Positions 54,396-63,546 of a stretch of DNA of 64,000 nt are shown here, piece after piece. Numbering within the stretch: the stretch's first letter is position 1; each line of letters begins with the position of its first letter. Location of the stretch: the NCBI GenBank assembly GCA_017452525.1, contig JAFTMG010000007.1:6418-70417 (forward strand), given 5' to 3'. A model generated the notes under the pieces. The model did not search any database. It worked only from the letters and a program-made list of their open reading frames with translations, and was not told where the DNA came from. This stretch comes from Clostridia bacterium. Lineage in GTDB: Bacteria > Bacillota > Clostridia > Oscillospirales > CAG-272. Position numbers and translations under genes: made by a program.

Positions 54396-55358
54396 TTGAT
54401 CATCATAGATCTGTCTGATATGAGACCGTTTTCTTCTCCCGTCCTGCCGCCCGCGGTGCTGTGCCTCGGCAATTTCGACGGTGTTCACCGCGGACATGCC
54501 GCGCTGATCGGTGCGGCAGTCAAGCAGGCTGAGGCACTCCGCACGGAAGTACCCGGCGTGCGAAGCGGCGCGTGGTGCTTTGCCACGTCGCCCCGTCGCA
54601 GGCTGGGCGGTGAGCGGCAGGCGCAGATCACCTCTCTTCGCGAAAAGCTGGAGTGGATGGCATCGCTTGGGCTGGAGTTAGCCTATCTCGGTGAGTTTTC
54701 TTCGCTTTGTTCGTATTCTCCCGAGCAGTTCATTTCCGAAATATTGCAAAAGGAATGTCGTTGCATTTCCACGGTCTGCGGCTTTAATCATCGGTTCGGT
54801 CAGGGCGGCAGAGGAAAGCCGTCGGACCTTGAGGCGGTGTTCGGCACGCGTGCATTGGTCGTGCCGCCGGTAAACGACATGGGGCAGGGTGTGGTGATCA
54901 GCTCCAGCTATATCCGCTCGCTTCTGCGCGAGGGACACATGGAGGAGGCGGTCCGCCTACTTGGTCACCCCTTCGTTCTCCGCGCGCCCGTAATGCATGG
55001 AAAGGCACTTGGTCGCACCATCGGTCTGCCGACGGTCAACCAGAATTTCCCCGCGGGGCACCTGATCCCCGCGCGTGGGATCTATGCCACCCGTGTGAGC
55101 GTGGACGGCAGAAGCTATATTGGCGTGACCAACGTGGGGAACCGCCCCACGGTAGAGGACAGCGGGCGTGTAAACAGCGAGACCTTTATTCTGGATTTCA
55201 ACGAAACGTTGTACGGGAAGGTCATCACTACAGAATTTTACGGAAAATTGCGCGATGAAAAGAAATTCGGCGGGTTGCAGGAGCTGCAGGACGCCATTCG
55301 GGCAGACGCGCAAAATGCGCGTCTCTTCTTTGCAAGGAGAGAAGGAGGCGCCGTATGA
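54396..55358 (+). CDS. ribF: bifunctional riboflavin kinase / FAD synthetase
   Basis: GNFDGVHRGH, GFNHRFG, and GRTIGLPTVN..GIYA in the kinase domain. Start is either TTG 54396 (gaggaggggg RBS) or ATG 54420. Confidence 0.9.
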   Translation: MIIIDLSDMRPFSSPVLPPAVLCLGNFDGVHRGHAALIGAAVKQAEALRTEVPGVRSGAWCFATSPRRRLGGERQAQITSLREKLEWMASLGLELAYLGEFSSLCSYSPEQFISEILQKECRCISTVCGFNHRFGQGGRGKPSDLEAVFGTRALVVPPVNDMGQGVVISSSYIRSLLREGHMEEAVRLLGHPFVLRAPVMHGKALGRTIGLPTVNQNFPAGHLIPARGIYATRVSVDGRSYIGVTNVGNRPTVEDSGRVNSETFILDFNETLYGKVITTEFYGKLRDEKKFGGLQELQDAIRADAQNARLFFARREGGAV

Positions 55359-56677
55359 AGCGCGCGGCGACACGTTTTTTGAGCGTACTTTGCCTGCTTT
55401 CTGTCCTTGCTGTCTCCCTCACTTTTTCTGTCTCAGCGGAGTCAGCGACTGTGGCGGATCTTTCTCGCGCCAATGCGGTATACCTTTATCAGATCGAGAA
55501 TGACCGCGTGCTGATCTCGCAAAATACCGACCGACCGATCTTTCCCGCCTCTACGGTAAAGATCATGACAGGACTTCTTGCAGTGGAGGCGTTGCAGGGA
55601 AGATACGCCGAAACGGTCACGGTGACGCAGGAGATGGTCAACGCCGCGTCCGGATTCCGTATGTATCTCAACCCCGGCGAGAACGTTACGGTGGAGCAAA
55701 TGCTTTACGCAGGGCTCTGCGCCGGCTATAACGATGCCTGCATGGTGCTTGCGTGCTTGGTAGCTGGGTCTGTCGATGCCTTTGTGGCACAGATGAACGT
55801 TCGTGCGGCAGAGCTTGGAATGACATCCACCGTTTATACGAATCCTACGGGAATGCACCATGACCGCATGATGACCACGGCAGACGATCTTGCCAAGCTC
55901 GCTCTTGTCGCCATGGAAAACGAGGCGTACATGGAGATCGTTTCCACCGTGAAATATACCATGGCGGCAAACGGTCTTGCCCCGTCGCGGACCTTTTACA
56001 ACCGCAATTTTCTGCTCGCGCGAAACGTAACGGCGCGATATTATCACGGAGCGGCTACGGGAATGAACGCGGGAACCACCACGGAGGGCGGCTACTGTAT
56101 CGTTGCCACCGCCGAGGAGGAGGGACTGCGATACCTTTGCATCGTGATGGGTGCGGATGAGGACAGCGCGGAGATGGGCGGTACGGTATATTCCTATCAG
56201 ATCGCCAACGATCTTCTGGACTTTGCGCTGTATTCCCACGGCATGGTGAAGATTCTCGCAAAGGATACCGTGATATCGAGAGCAGAGGTATCGCTTTCGG
56301 ATCGGCAGGGCGACGTTGCCTTAGTGCCGCGTGAGGACGTTTCTGCCTATCTGCCCACGGATCTCGACGAGGACGAGCTGGAATACCGTGTGATGCTGAC
56401 GGAGGAGCCTCTCAAAGCGCCCTTGTCTGTTGGGGATACAGTGGGCTTTGTGACCGTGACTCACCGCGGCAGTCTGATCGCCACGGTGGAGCTGTGCGTG
56501 GCAGAGGATGTGGAGCAGAGTGCCTTTTTGGTAGCGCTGGACCGCATTTCCGCCTTCACAGCCGACCGCTTCTTTTGGCTGAGCTGCGGCTATGCGGCGG
56601 TATTTCTGTTAGGGTACTTCGTTCTCCTCCCCTATCTGCGGAAGAGAAAAAACCGAAAAAGAGCAAAATATTTTTAA
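55355..56677 (+). CDS. D-alanyl-D-alanine carboxypeptidase (serine-type, PBP5/DacB-like) with a C-terminal membrane anchor
   Basis: Signal peptide, SxxK (PASTVKIMT), and a later GYNDA segment that is a candidate SxN-equivalent region. C-terminal TM plus a basic tail. Confidence 0.85.
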   Translation: MKRAATRFLSVLCLLSVLAVSLTFSVSAESATVADLSRANAVYLYQIENDRVLISQNTDRPIFPASTVKIMTGLLAVEALQGRYAETVTVTQEMVNAASGFRMYLNPGENVTVEQMLYAGLCAGYNDACMVLACLVAGSVDAFVAQMNVRAAELGMTSTVYTNPTGMHHDRMMTTADDLAKLALVAMENEAYMEIVSTVKYTMAANGLAPSRTFYNRNFLLARNVTARYYHGAATGMNAGTTTEGGYCIVATAEEEGLRYLCIVMGADEDSAEMGGTVYSYQIANDLLDFALYSHGMVKILAKDTVISRAEVSLSDRQGDVALVPREDVSAYLPTDLDEDELEYRVMLTEEPLKAPLSVGDTVGFVTVTHRGSLIATVELCVAEDVEQSAFLVALDRISAFTADRFFWLSCGYAAVFLLGYFVLLPYLRKRKNRKRAKYF

Positions 56678-56766
56678 AGAACGAGCAGGGAGATGCACCG
56701 CCGTGTGTGTCTTCCTGCTTTTTGTCACGCAAAAAAGTCTTGACGGGAGGTGAGAAAAGGGGTATA

Positions 56767-57198
56767 ATGAAGAAAAAAGGAGGGTCGGTCATGGTCGAGG
56801 TCGTTGCCGCGTTGATATGGAATGGGGATCGGTTTATGATCTGTCAGCGCCCGCCGCACAAAGCACGGGGCCTTCTGTGGGAGTTCGTGGGCGGCAAGGT
56901 GGAGCCGGGGGAGAGCCGTGAGGCGGCACTCATTCGGGAATGCCGCGAGGAGCTGGCGGTCACGGTGTCAGTCGGAGACGTGTTTATGGACGTTACACAC
57001 GAATATCCGGATATCACGGTACATCTGACTCTGTTCCATGCCGCCGTCGCGCAAGGTGAGATTCGCATGCTGGAGCATTGTGACCTTCGATGGATCACGC
57101 CGCGAGAGATCCCCCAATATGATTTTTGCCCCGCGGACGAGGAGATATTACAACGGATCGTTGCGTGTTATTCGGACGGAGACGACAGTATTGAATAG
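56767..57198 (+). CDS. NUDIX hydrolase (MutT/8-oxo-dGTP-diphosphatase-like)
   Basis: Nudix box GGKVEPGESREAALIRECREELAV. Start trimmed (ATG 56767, or ATG 56791). Confidence 0.85.
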   Translation: MKKKGGSVMVEVVAALIWNGDRFMICQRPPHKARGLLWEFVGGKVEPGESREAALIRECREELAVTVSVGDVFMDVTHEYPDITVHLTLFHAAVAQGEIRMLEHCDLRWITPREIPQYDFCPADEEILQRIVACYSDGDDSIE

Positions 57199-57256
57199 AT
57201 TTCGCGGGGGCGTTGCTTTCGCGCAATTCGGAATTTTGTAGCAAAGGAGCTAACAT

Positions 57257-58009
57257 ATGAAGCTGGTCTCGTGGAATGTCAATGGCTTCCGGGCATGTCT
57301 CGGAAAGGGCTTTGAGGATTTCTTTCAGAATACAGATGCCGATATTTTCGGGATTCAAGAGACAAAAATGCAGCCGGGACAGGCAGAATTGGATGCACCC
57401 GGATATCATCAGTATTGGTACAGCGCCGAAAAAAAGGGCTATTCCGGAACGGCGGTGTTCACCAAGGTCGAGCCGATCTCCGTTCGCTACGGCATCGGCA
57501 TCCCCGAGCATGATACCGAGGGGCGCGCCATTACCTTGGAGTTTGAGAACTTTTATTTTCTGTGTGTCTATACGCCGAACGCGCAGCGCGAGCTGGCGCG
57601 GCTCGACTACCGCATGAGCTGGGAGGACGCCCTGCGGGGGTATATCACCGAGCTTGATCGCGTCAAGCCCGTGGTCTATTGCGGGGACCTGAACGTAGCA
57701 CACGAGGAGATCGACCTCAAAAACCCCAAGACCAATCACTACAGCGCGGGTTTTTCGGATGAGGAGCGTGGGAAATTCACCGAGCTGCTTGCCGCCGGCT
57801 TTGCCGATACCTTCCGCACACTGTATCCCGACAAGGTGGAATATTCTTGGTGGAGCTATATGATGAAGGCAAGAGAAAAGAACATTGGTTGGCGTATCGA
57901 CTATTTTGTGGTGTCCAACCGACTGATGGAAAAGGTCAAGGACAGCTTTATTCTTGGTGAGGTCATGGGTAGTGACCATTGCCCCGTGGGGATCGAGCTG
58001 GACGTTTGA
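57257..58009 (+). CDS. xth: exodeoxyribonuclease III
   Basis: MKLVSWNVNGFRA, QETK, GDLNVAHEEIDL, SDHCPV. Confidence 0.93.
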   Translation: MKLVSWNVNGFRACLGKGFEDFFQNTDADIFGIQETKMQPGQAELDAPGYHQYWYSAEKKGYSGTAVFTKVEPISVRYGIGIPEHDTEGRAITLEFENFYFLCVYTPNAQRELARLDYRMSWEDALRGYITELDRVKPVVYCGDLNVAHEEIDLKNPKTNHYSAGFSDEERGKFTELLAAGFADTFRTLYPDKVEYSWWSYMMKAREKNIGWRIDYFVVSNRLMEKVKDSFILGEVMGSDHCPVGIELDV

Positions 58010-58028
58010 AAAAGAAAGGAAAGTACCT

Positions 58029-58484
58029 ATGTTGAAGCTTTATGATCAAGCCCCCGAATTTACGTTGACAGACAAGAACGGTCATCCGGTATCCCTGTCG
58101 GATTTCCGCGGCAAAAAGGTGGTTCTGTACTTTTATCCCAAGGACAATACGCCGGGATGTACCCGTCAGGCATGCGCATTTGCTGCGTCTTATGCGGCAT
58201 TCCGCGAGAAAAACGTGGAGGTCATCGGCATCAGTAAGGATAGCGTGGCATCCCACGTGAGATTTGCCGAGAAATACGGTTTGCCCTTCGTGCTGCTCTC
58301 CGACCCGGAGCGGCAGGCAATTGAGGCTTACGGCGTCTGGCAGGAAAAAAAGATGTGCGGTAAGGTCAGCATGGGCGTGGTGCGCACTACCTTTCTGATC
58401 GATGAGGAAGGGAAGATCGCCAAGATCATGCCCAAGGTCAAGCCCGATACCAACGCGGCGGAAATTCTGGCGGAGCTGGCATGA
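58029..58484 (+). CDS. bcp: thioredoxin-dependent thiol peroxidase (Bcp-type peroxiredoxin)
   Basis: YFYPKDNTPGCT active site. Start trimmed to MLKLYDQAPEF. Confidence 0.9.
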   Translation: MLKLYDQAPEFTLTDKNGHPVSLSDFRGKKVVLYFYPKDNTPGCTRQACAFAASYAAFREKNVEVIGISKDSVASHVRFAEKYGLPFVLLSDPERQAIEAYGVWQEKKMCGKVSMGVVRTTFLIDEEGKIAKIMPKVKPDTNAAEILAELA

Positions 58485-59149
58485 TGAAGCTGCTTTTGAA
58501 CGCCCTTTGCAAATTTCTGTGCGGTATTCTTCTGGTGGGGCTTCTTCTGTTTCTGCCGGCAGGCACTTTTGCTTATCTCAACGGATGGTTGTTTTGTACG
58601 TTGCTTTTTGTGCCGATGTTGTTCCTCGGTGCCGTATTATGGATCAAAGCCCCCGATCTTTTGCGAAAACGGCTGGACGGCAGGGAGCAAGAAAACACGC
58701 AAAAGGGAGTGGTTGCCCTCTCCGGACTGCTCTTTTTCGTCGGCTTCATCCTGGCAGGACTTGACTTCCGTTTCGGTTGGTCTCATGTTCCTCTGTGGGT
58801 CGTTGTCCTCGCTTCCGTGATCCTGCTGATCTCATATGGGCTGTATGCCGAGGTCATGCGGGAGAACGCCTATCTTTCCCGCACGGTAGAGGTGCAGAAG
58901 GATCAGAAGGTGATCGATACCGGGCTTTACGGCATCGTTCGCCACCCCATGTATGCCGTGACGCTGTGGTTGTTTCTGTCGATCCCGTTGGTGCTCGGTT
59001 CATGGTGTTCGCTGATCTGCTTTCTCCATTATCCCATCGTGATCGTCATTCGGATCCTCAACGAGGAGAAGGTATTGACCGAGGGACTTGCGGGATATCG
59101 GGACTACAAGAAAAAGGTGAAGTACAGACTGATCCCCTTTATCTGGTAA
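58481..59149 (+). CDS. isoprenylcysteine carboxyl methyltransferase (ICMT) family membrane protein
   Basis: Multi-TM, with the GLYGIVRHPMY and EE..L motifs typical of the ICMT / phospholipid methyltransferase family. Confidence 0.8.
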   Translation: MMKLLLNALCKFLCGILLVGLLLFLPAGTFAYLNGWLFCTLLFVPMLFLGAVLWIKAPDLLRKRLDGREQENTQKGVVALSGLLFFVGFILAGLDFRFGWSHVPLWVVVLASVILLISYGLYAEVMRENAYLSRTVEVQKDQKVIDTGLYGIVRHPMYAVTLWLFLSIPLVLGSWCSLICFLHYPIVIVIRILNEEKVLTEGLAGYRDYKKKVKYRLIPFIW

Positions 59150-59160
59150 AAAAACGCAAA

Positions 59161-59208
59161 ATAACCAAAGGTCGTACAAGCCCCGGGGCTTGTACGACCT
59201 TTGGTTAT
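59161..59208. terminator. bidirectional terminator (24-bp palindrome)
   Basis: ataaccaaaggtcgtacaagcccc/ggggcttgtacgacctttggttat. Confidence 0.8.
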
Positions 59209-61787
59209 TCATGTTCCCGTGCCAGCTTTCTGACAAAAGCGGTGATCTCATTTCCCACGCCGGTGACCTCTGCCTCAAATTCACCGGGTGTCATTCTGGA
59301 AATGCCGGAATGTACGGCGGAGAATTGCAGCAGGCGGTCTCCCGTGACCACGCGAATGTGGTAATTGGGTCCCAACTCGTGCATCATGATCTCGATGAAG
59401 GTATCTGCGGTCTGGTTTTCCTTGGTATAGACCACGCGGTAGTGATCGCGCATAAAATCCGATCCCACACCGTCCTTGACCAGATAGGCATCGAACACGA
59501 GGACCAGCTCCGTTTTGGTATAAGCCACGTAACTGCTCAGAAGGTCCATCAAGGTCTCCCGTGCCTTCTCAAGACTGTAGTCGGCGATCTCCTTGAGCGC
59601 ATCCCATGAGAAGATCAGGTTGTAACCGTACACAATGGTCATGTGCTTTTGCGGTAACTCTATAGCCTTGCGCGGCTTTTGCTTGGGATTTGAGGCAACG
59701 ATCTTCGGCTCACTGTAGCGCTTGCGGCGGATGGGCCCGAATTCCCGAAGCATGATCGCCTCCAGATCCTCGTCACTCAGGTGATACCGCTTGGCAAGTC
59801 CCGCCGCACGCGGCAGAATGGTCTCTGCGGCGGAGGGCAGAGAGACATTGGCGTCCAGATGCTTGTGTTGCTCCACCTCGTGCCACGGTACCACAACGCC
59901 CGCGCCGCGGGCGCAGAAGACGGAATGGGGCGTGTTTTCCAGATCTGCCTCGGGATCGTATGCCGAGGCGGCTACGATCTCTTCCTGATTGTGGCATGGG
60001 TCATACCCGTCGGAGGTGCAGAACAGCCTGCCTTGACCGCGGGTATAGGAGATCAACTCACGCGCGTAACCGTGTAGCTTGGCAACGGGAGCACGGCCGA
60101 CGAGTACCGTTCGCTCCCCGTCCGAGGATTCGATCTCAAACTGTGCCGCTCTGTTTTGCAGGTCCGTCATGGCGCGCCCTACCGCCTCGGCGGGGATCTC
60201 CATGCGGAATCGGTAATAGGGCTCGAGCAACACGCAGCCCGCGCGCATCAACCCCTGACGGACGGCGCGCAAGGTCGCTTCGCGAAAATCGCCTCCCTCG
60301 GTGTGCTTCAGATGTGCTTTTCCTGCGACCAGTGTGATCTTGGTATCAGTCAGCACCGCGCCGATCAACGTTCCGCGGTGCGCTTTTTCGTACAAATGGG
60401 AGAGGATGAGTCTCTGCCAGTTGATGTCCAGGCTGTTTTCGGGGAGATGGGTGTCGAAGATCAGCCCCGTTCCCGACGGCTGCGGCTCCATCAAAAGTTG
60501 AACCTCGGCATAATGTCGTAGTGGCTCAAAATGACCGATGCCGACCGTTTTCTTGGCAATCTTTTCTTTGTACAGTATCTTTCCGGTGTCAAATTCGCAG
60601 GAGATGTCAAATCGTTCCCGGATCATTCGCTTGAGAAGATCGATCTGAATGTCGCCCATCAGCCGTGCCTCGATCTGCTGCAGCTCCTCGTTCCAATAGA
60701 GGTGTAGGGAAGGCTCTTCCTCCTCCAGCTCCTTCAGCTTGGGGAAGGTGGCGGTCAGATCGCATTCCGGCGGCAGAAGGATCCGATAAGCAAGGACCGG
60801 CTCCAGCACGGGGCGGCAGGTGTCGCTTTCCGCCCCTAACCCCTGTCCCACAAAGGTGGCGGAAAGACCGCTGACAGCGCAGATCTCTCCCGGGGATACC
60901 GAATCCACCTGCTCGAACTTTTCGCCCGAATAAAGACGGATCTGGCTGACCTTTTCCGATATCCGCTTACCGTCGGCGCTCAGATAGGTCAATTCATCTC
61001 TTGCCGAAAGCTTGCCGCCCGTGACCTTCATATAGGTCAATCTGGCGGAGGAGGCGCGGGCGATCTTGTATACCTTGGCACCGAAGGCACCTTCTTCATA
61101 GACGGGGGCAAGGGAATAACGGTCCACGGTGTCCAGCAGGAAATCGATCCCGATCATGCGGAGCGCCGAGCCGAACAGACAGGGAAAGAGCTTTCGCCTG
61201 CTGATCTGTCGGGCAATGTCTCCCTCATCGATGGGCTCTCCCGAAAGAACGCTGTTCAGAAAATCCTCGTGGACCAGCGCCAGCCGCTCATCCAGCTCGG
61301 CTTTGGTCTGCGCGTCATAAAAGCCGACGCAATGGGGAGAGAGCGCTTTGGCGATCTCTGCCTCCAGATCCTCCTTTTGCTTGATAGCAATATCCGTTTT
61401 GTTGACGAATAGGAAGGTGGGAACGTGATAAAAATCCAACAGCTGCCAGAGGGTCCTGGTGTGGTTCTGAACGCCGTCCGGCGCACTGATCACCAGAATG
61501 GCATAATCCAACAAGGCAAGCGTGCGTTCCGTTTCGGCAGAAAAATCCACGTGTCCCGGGGTGTCCAGCAGGATGAAATCGCAATGGGCGGAGGAGAAGC
61601 GTGCCTGCTTGGAAAAAATGGTGATGCCGCGCTCCCGTTCCACCGCGTTGGTGTCTAAAAAGGTATTGCGATGGTCTACGCGTCCGAGAGACCGAAGCTT
61701 TCCCGAATAAAAAAGAAGCGCTTCCGAGAGGGTGGTCTTTCCCGCGTCCACGTGAGCCAGAATGCCGATGGTCAGTTTTTTTCTCAT
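59205..61787 (-). CDS. translation-factor-type GTPase (TetM/TetO/EF-G-like) fused to a C-terminal YacP/Rae1-like NYN domain
   Basis: Start trimmed to MRKKLTIGILAHVDAGKTTL after an aaggagg RBS. G1-G4 motifs (AHVDAGKTT, DTPGH, NKTD) and EF-G-like domains II-V. The last ~150 aa (IVYGYNLIFSWDALKE..VLVFDAY..YTKENQTADTFIE..VVTGDRL) align by eye with B. subtilis YacP as I recall it. Confidence 0.85.
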   Translation of the reverse strand: MRKKLTIGILAHVDAGKTTLSEALLFYSGKLRSLGRVDHRNTFLDTNAVERERGITIFSKQARFSSAHCDFILLDTPGHVDFSAETERTLALLDYAILVISAPDGVQNHTRTLWQLLDFYHVPTFLFVNKTDIAIKQKEDLEAEIAKALSPHCVGFYDAQTKAELDERLALVHEDFLNSVLSGEPIDEGDIARQISRRKLFPCLFGSALRMIGIDFLLDTVDRYSLAPVYEEGAFGAKVYKIARASSARLTYMKVTGGKLSARDELTYLSADGKRISEKVSQIRLYSGEKFEQVDSVSPGEICAVSGLSATFVGQGLGAESDTCRPVLEPVLAYRILLPPECDLTATFPKLKELEEEEPSLHLYWNEELQQIEARLMGDIQIDLLKRMIRERFDISCEFDTGKILYKEKIAKKTVGIGHFEPLRHYAEVQLLMEPQPSGTGLIFDTHLPENSLDINWQRLILSHLYEKAHRGTLIGAVLTDTKITLVAGKAHLKHTEGGDFREATLRAVRQGLMRAGCVLLEPYYRFRMEIPAEAVGRAMTDLQNRAAQFEIESSDGERTVLVGRAPVAKLHGYARELISYTRGQGRLFCTSDGYDPCHNQEEIVAASAYDPEADLENTPHSVFCARGAGVVVPWHEVEQHKHLDANVSLPSAAETILPRAAGLAKRYHLSDEDLEAIMLREFGPIRRKRYSEPKIVASNPKQKPRKAIELPQKHMTIVYGYNLIFSWDALKEIADYSLEKARETLMDLLSSYVAYTKTELVLVFDAYLVKDGVGSDFMRDHYRVVYTKENQTADTFIEIMMHELGPNYHIRVVTGDRLLQFSAVHSGISRMTPGEFEAEVTGVGNEITAFVRKLAREHE

Positions 61788-62083
61788 GTCAGCGCCTCCT
61801 TTGAAAAATTTACGGTATCTATTATACCACACCTTGCTCGTCTTTGCAAGAACCAAGCTGGATTTTACTGCGGAAGCCCGATATAGTGAGGTGCTTTCAT
61901 CCAAACGGAGGAGGGAGTGACCGTTTCACCAAAAAGCGGAAGGCGCGAAAAAATTTCTCGTGTTTTCGGAAAGATGTGGGCGCAAAGGTATATACAAACG
62001 GAGAGGAATATGATATAATGGGATCATAGCATGCGCTGTGACCCGATGCGCACGTACACGGATCGGCGCGACGGAGGAGAGAG

Positions 62084-62560
62084 ATGTTCAGAGAGCTTGC
62101 AAGAAAAAATAAGCAGATATCCCGTGAGGAATGTCTTGAACTGTTGAAAAAAGAAACCCGCGGCATCCTGTCGGTCAACGGAGATGACGGCTACCCTTAC
62201 GGCATGCCGATGAACCATATCTATGTGGAGGAGGACGGGTGTCTCTATTTTCATTGCGGCAGATACGGGCATCGGTTGGACGCGTTGAAACGCTCGGACC
62301 GCGTCTCCTTCTGCGTTTGCGAGCAGGGAAGACGTGCGGAGGGAGACTGGGCATATCTCGTGCGGAGTGTGATCGTTTTCGGGCGCATGGAGATCGTGGA
62401 TGATGCGGATGAGATCGCCCGCGTGACTACCGCGCTCTGCCACAAATTTACGCAGGATGAAGCGTATATCAAGCAGGAGATCGAGCGCTACGGAAAGGCA
62501 ACACTGTTGCTGAAGCTGAATTTTGAGCATATGTGCGGAAAGCAAGTCAAGGAATCATAA
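62084..62560 (+). CDS. pyridoxamine 5'-phosphate oxidase family protein (Nim-like flavin-binding split barrel)
   Basis: 158 aa. The pattern ..ECLELLKKETRGILSVNGDDGYPYGMPMN..YFHCG is typical of NimA-related PNPOx-fold proteins. Confidence 0.75.
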   Translation: MFRELARKNKQISREECLELLKKETRGILSVNGDDGYPYGMPMNHIYVEEDGCLYFHCGRYGHRLDALKRSDRVSFCVCEQGRRAEGDWAYLVRSVIVFGRMEIVDDADEIARVTTALCHKFTQDEAYIKQEIERYGKATLLLKLNFEHMCGKQVKES

Positions 62561-62597
62561 AAACCAGGTGCCGGAGTACGGCAGAGAGGAGAACTAT

Positions 62598-63158
62598 ATG
62601 CGTAAGGATTTCGGATCGAAAAGCTGGCTGTATCCCATGCCGGTATTGATCATCGGCAGCTATGATGAAAACGGTGTTCCCAATGCCATGAACGCGGCGT
62701 GGGGCGGGATCTACGATATCGCGCAGGTCATGGTCTGCTTGGCACATGACCACAAAACAACGGAGAACATCAAAAAAAGCGGTGCGTTTACCGTCAGCTT
62801 TGCCACCGCCGCCACGGTGGTGCCGTGCGACTACGTGGGGATCGTGTCCGCCAACGACGTTCCCGATAAATTTACAAAGGCGGGCTTTCATGCGGTGAAG
62901 AGTGCGCACGTCAACGCACCTATCATCGAAGAGCTCCCCATGACGCTGGAATGCCGTCTGATCGGCTTTAACGAGGACGGGATCTGCGTGGGCGAGATCG
63001 TCAACGTGTCCGCCGACGAGAATATTTTGGGAGAGAACGGCAAGATCGATGCCAAAAAGCTGGATCCCATCTGCTATGACGGCGTGACGCACGCCTATTG
63101 GAGACTCGGCGAGCAGGCAGGGCAGGCGTTTTCGGATGGGAAACAGATCGATGGCTGA
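62598..63158 (+). CDS. flavin reductase family protein
   Basis: Start trimmed to MRKDFGSKSWLYPMPVLIIGSYDENG.PNAMNAAWGG, typical of the flavin reductase-like FMN-binding domain. Confidence 0.8.
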   Translation: MRKDFGSKSWLYPMPVLIIGSYDENGVPNAMNAAWGGIYDIAQVMVCLAHDHKTTENIKKSGAFTVSFATAATVVPCDYVGIVSANDVPDKFTKAGFHAVKSAHVNAPIIEELPMTLECRLIGFNEDGICVGEIVNVSADENILGENGKIDAKKLDPICYDGVTHAYWRLGEQAGQAFSDGKQIDG

Positions 63159-63498
63159 TCGCGAAGGCGCGCGCATCTGTTGCTGCGGTCACGATTGTTC
63201 CCGTTGTGTGACCTATCTGGCAACGGTCCGACAAGATGAGAGTCTGCGCCGGCGGGCGCAGAGATTCTATGAGGAAAGCTTCGGGCGTCATATTCCCGCG
63301 GAGGAGATCCGCTGTCTCGGAATACGGTCCGATTGCGTTCTCTCTCTGTGTCGGGAGTGCCCGTGGTGGAAATGCTGTGAGCAGCGCGGGATCACGCGCT
63401 GTGAGGAGTGTGAGGAATATCCTTGCGCGCCTCTCGCGGCTTATCGGGAAAAGTATGTGAATCGATGCAACGTGGTGGACGGGGAAGCACCAATATGA
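63151..63498 (+). CDS. Cys-rich protein, DUF3795-like
   Basis: CCCGHDCSRC..C..LCRECPWWKCC..CEECEEYPC cysteine clusters. Family call from memory. Confidence 0.5.
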   Translation: MADREGARICCCGHDCSRCVTYLATVRQDESLRRRAQRFYEESFGRHIPAEEIRCLGIRSDCVLSLCRECPWWKCCEQRGITRCEECEEYPCAPLAAYREKYVNRCNVVDGEAPI

Positions 63499-63546
63499 TG
63501 CCCGTTTCCGCAACACGTGAATTGTAATCTGAAAAGGAGAGATAGA

